Source of the DNA: a virus
Taxonomy: Duplodnaviria > Caudoviricetes
Virus record (IMG/VR): IMGVR_UViG_3300032332_001684
Span: 1 to 46,168 of that record
DNA: 46,168 bases
Strand: one strand, 5' to 3'
The position numbers were made by a program, and so were the translations under genes. The notes below the pieces were generated by a model. The model ran no database searches. It saw only the letters and a list, made by a program, of their open reading frames with translations, and was not told where the DNA came from. Positions 44,846 through 46,168 of the stretch are shown here, one piece after another. Positions within the stretch are counted from its first letter, which is position 1. Each line of letters begins with the position of its first letter.

Positions 44846-46168
44846 ATGGCATTAGATTTTCCACCAAGCACCAGTACCAGCATAGGATCCATATTTACAG
44901 GAACCAATGGTATTACCTATATCTACAATGGAACACGTTGGACCGGACAGTCCAATACCGCTGTAACAGGAATACAAGGCGTAACTGGATCGCAAGGCGT
45001 AACTGGATCGCAAGGCGTAACAGGACCTGGTGTATACGAAGGGACAACCTCACCTGCTAGCACAAGTACTTTATGGTACGATACTACCTACGGTAGATTG
45101 TTTATCTACTACGACAGCACCTGGGTTGATGCAAGTCCGGGTACAAATGGTATTGCTGGATCCCAAGGCATAACTGGTACACAAGGAGTACAAGGTGTTA
45201 ATGGAATACAAGGAGTGCAAGGTGTTAATGGAATACAAGGAGTACAAGGTGTCAATGGAATACAAGGAGTGCAAGGTTCTCTAGGAACCAAGGGCGATCA
45301 AGGTATCAGTGTAACACTACAGGGAAGTACCAGTACATCGGCAGCATTACCACTAGCAGGGTCTGCTGGGCAAGGATGGATTGTCAATGACACTGGAAAT
45401 CTATGGTTTTGGAATGTGTCGACTGGTGCATGGAATGACATCGGAAAAATTGTTGGACCAGCAGGTAGTCAAGGAGTCACAGGTGCTCAAGGGCACCAAG
45501 GTTCTCAAGGAGCCACAGGATCTCAAGGAATGGTTGGTACTCAAGGCGTCCAGGGACTACAAGGTGTCCAGGGACTACAAGGCGTCCAGGGACTACAAGG
45601 CGTTCAAGGACTACAAGGTGTTCAAGGAACAGCCGGATTACAAGGAACAGCCGGATTACAAGGAACAGCCGGATTACAAGGAACAACGGGCGGCCAAGGA
45701 GTACAGGGTGTTCAAGGTCGTCAAGGTGCGCAAGGCACAGATGGCACACAGGGTATTACGGGTGTTCAAGGTCGTCAAGGTGCGCAAGGCACAGATGGTA
45801 CACAAGGTACTACAGGCGCTCAAGGTACCCGTGGAATAAATGGAACCAATGGAACCAATGGGTCAAACGGATCACAAGGTGCAACGGGTAGCCAAGGAAC
45901 TACAGGTACACAAGGAACTAGTGGAACAAATGGATCACAAGGAACCTCAGGTACGGGTACTCAAGGAACTACAGGTGCAGGTATCCAGGGCATTACAGGC
46001 AGTCAAGGAACCACTGGTATCCAGGGCATTACAGGTAGTCAAGGAACTACAGGCAGTCAAGGAACCACTGGTATCCAGGGCATTACAGGTAGTCAAGGAA
46101 CTACAGGCAGTCAAGGAACCACTGGTATCCAGGGCATTACAGGTAGTCAAGGAACTACAGGCAGTCAA
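44846..46168 (+). CDS. Collagen-like fibre protein (3'-truncated; absent from the ORF track)
   Basis: MALDFPPS...TYIYNGTRW start, LWYDTTYGRLFIYYDSTWVDASPG module shared with 41778..43352, long G-X-Q/G-X-T repeats, no stop before the window end; GTAAATA upstream. Confidence 0.85.
   Translation, partial: MALDFPPSTSTSIGSIFTGTNGITYIYNGTRWTGQSNTAVTGIQGVTGSQGVTGSQGVTGPGVYEGTTSPASTSTLWYDTTYGRLFIYYDSTWVDASPGTNGIAGSQGITGTQGVQGVNGIQGVQGVNGIQGVQGVNGIQGVQGSLGTKGDQGISVTLQGSTSTSAALPLAGSAGQGWIVNDTGNLWFWNVSTGAWNDIGKIVGPAGSQGVTGAQGHQGSQGATGSQGMVGTQGVQGLQGVQGLQGVQGLQGVQGLQGVQGTAGLQGTAGLQGTAGLQGTTGGQGVQGVQGRQGAQGTDGTQGITGVQGRQGAQGTDGTQGTTGAQGTRGINGTNGTNGSNGSQGATGSQGTTGTQGTSGTNGSQGTSGTGTQGTTGAGIQGITGSQGTTGIQGITGSQGTTGSQGTTGIQGITGSQGTTGSQGTTGIQGITGSQGTTGSQ
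46016..46168 (+). repeat. 54-bp coding tandem repeat in the collagen region
   Basis: GGTATCCAGGGCATTACAGGTAGTCAAGGAACTACAGGCAGTCAAGGAACCACT, about three copies up to the window edge. Confidence 0.85.

Noticed and set aside
45071-46168. Repetitive ORFs in the track (45071..45274, 45109..45291, 45381..45839, 45477..45749, 45947..46168)
   Set aside because: They are shadow frames of the collagen-like gene that starts at 44846 and has no stop inside the window.
41778-46168. Diversity-generating retroelement acting on the fibre genes
   Set aside because: There is no reverse transcriptase in the window. The shared WYDTT..WVDASPG module and the 122-bp repeat do not show adenine-specific differences.

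Overview
This is a 46 kb piece of a large tailed-phage genome with T4-like (myovirus-like) gene content, probably infecting a Proteobacterium. It has four parts. (1) 1-15 kb: a replication/recombination module (gp32 SSB, UvsX, UvsY, UvsW, clamp-loader-like subunit, a miniature DnaE-like protein, primase, gp41/DnaB helicase), followed by a circularly permuted two-piece tmRNA gene at about 15.6-15.9 kb. (2) 17.6-30 kb: an early region of about 35 small, mostly minus-strand genes. It is divided by about 18 near-consensus sigma70 promoters, each paired with an 18-bp TGT(T/G)G-N8-C(A/C)ACA palindrome in helical phase, and several with an AGTGCC hexamer right after the upstream stop codon. One two-gene transcription unit here (22403-23056) has no TC or CC dinucleotide on its coding strand. 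(3) 30-41 kb: tRNA-Arg(UCU), tRNA-Ile2/Met(CAU), two GT9-like glycosyltransferases, a SleB-type hydrolase, an AT-rich four-gene C7-cyclitol (EEVS-type) island flanked by a 122-bp direct repeat, IscA/ErpA, DNA ligase, IF-1, a 2OG-Fe oxygenase and an HNH nuclease. (4) 41.8-46.2 kb: collagen-like and LamG-type virion fibre genes. All calls come from reading motifs by eye; no database searches were run and all counts are manual.
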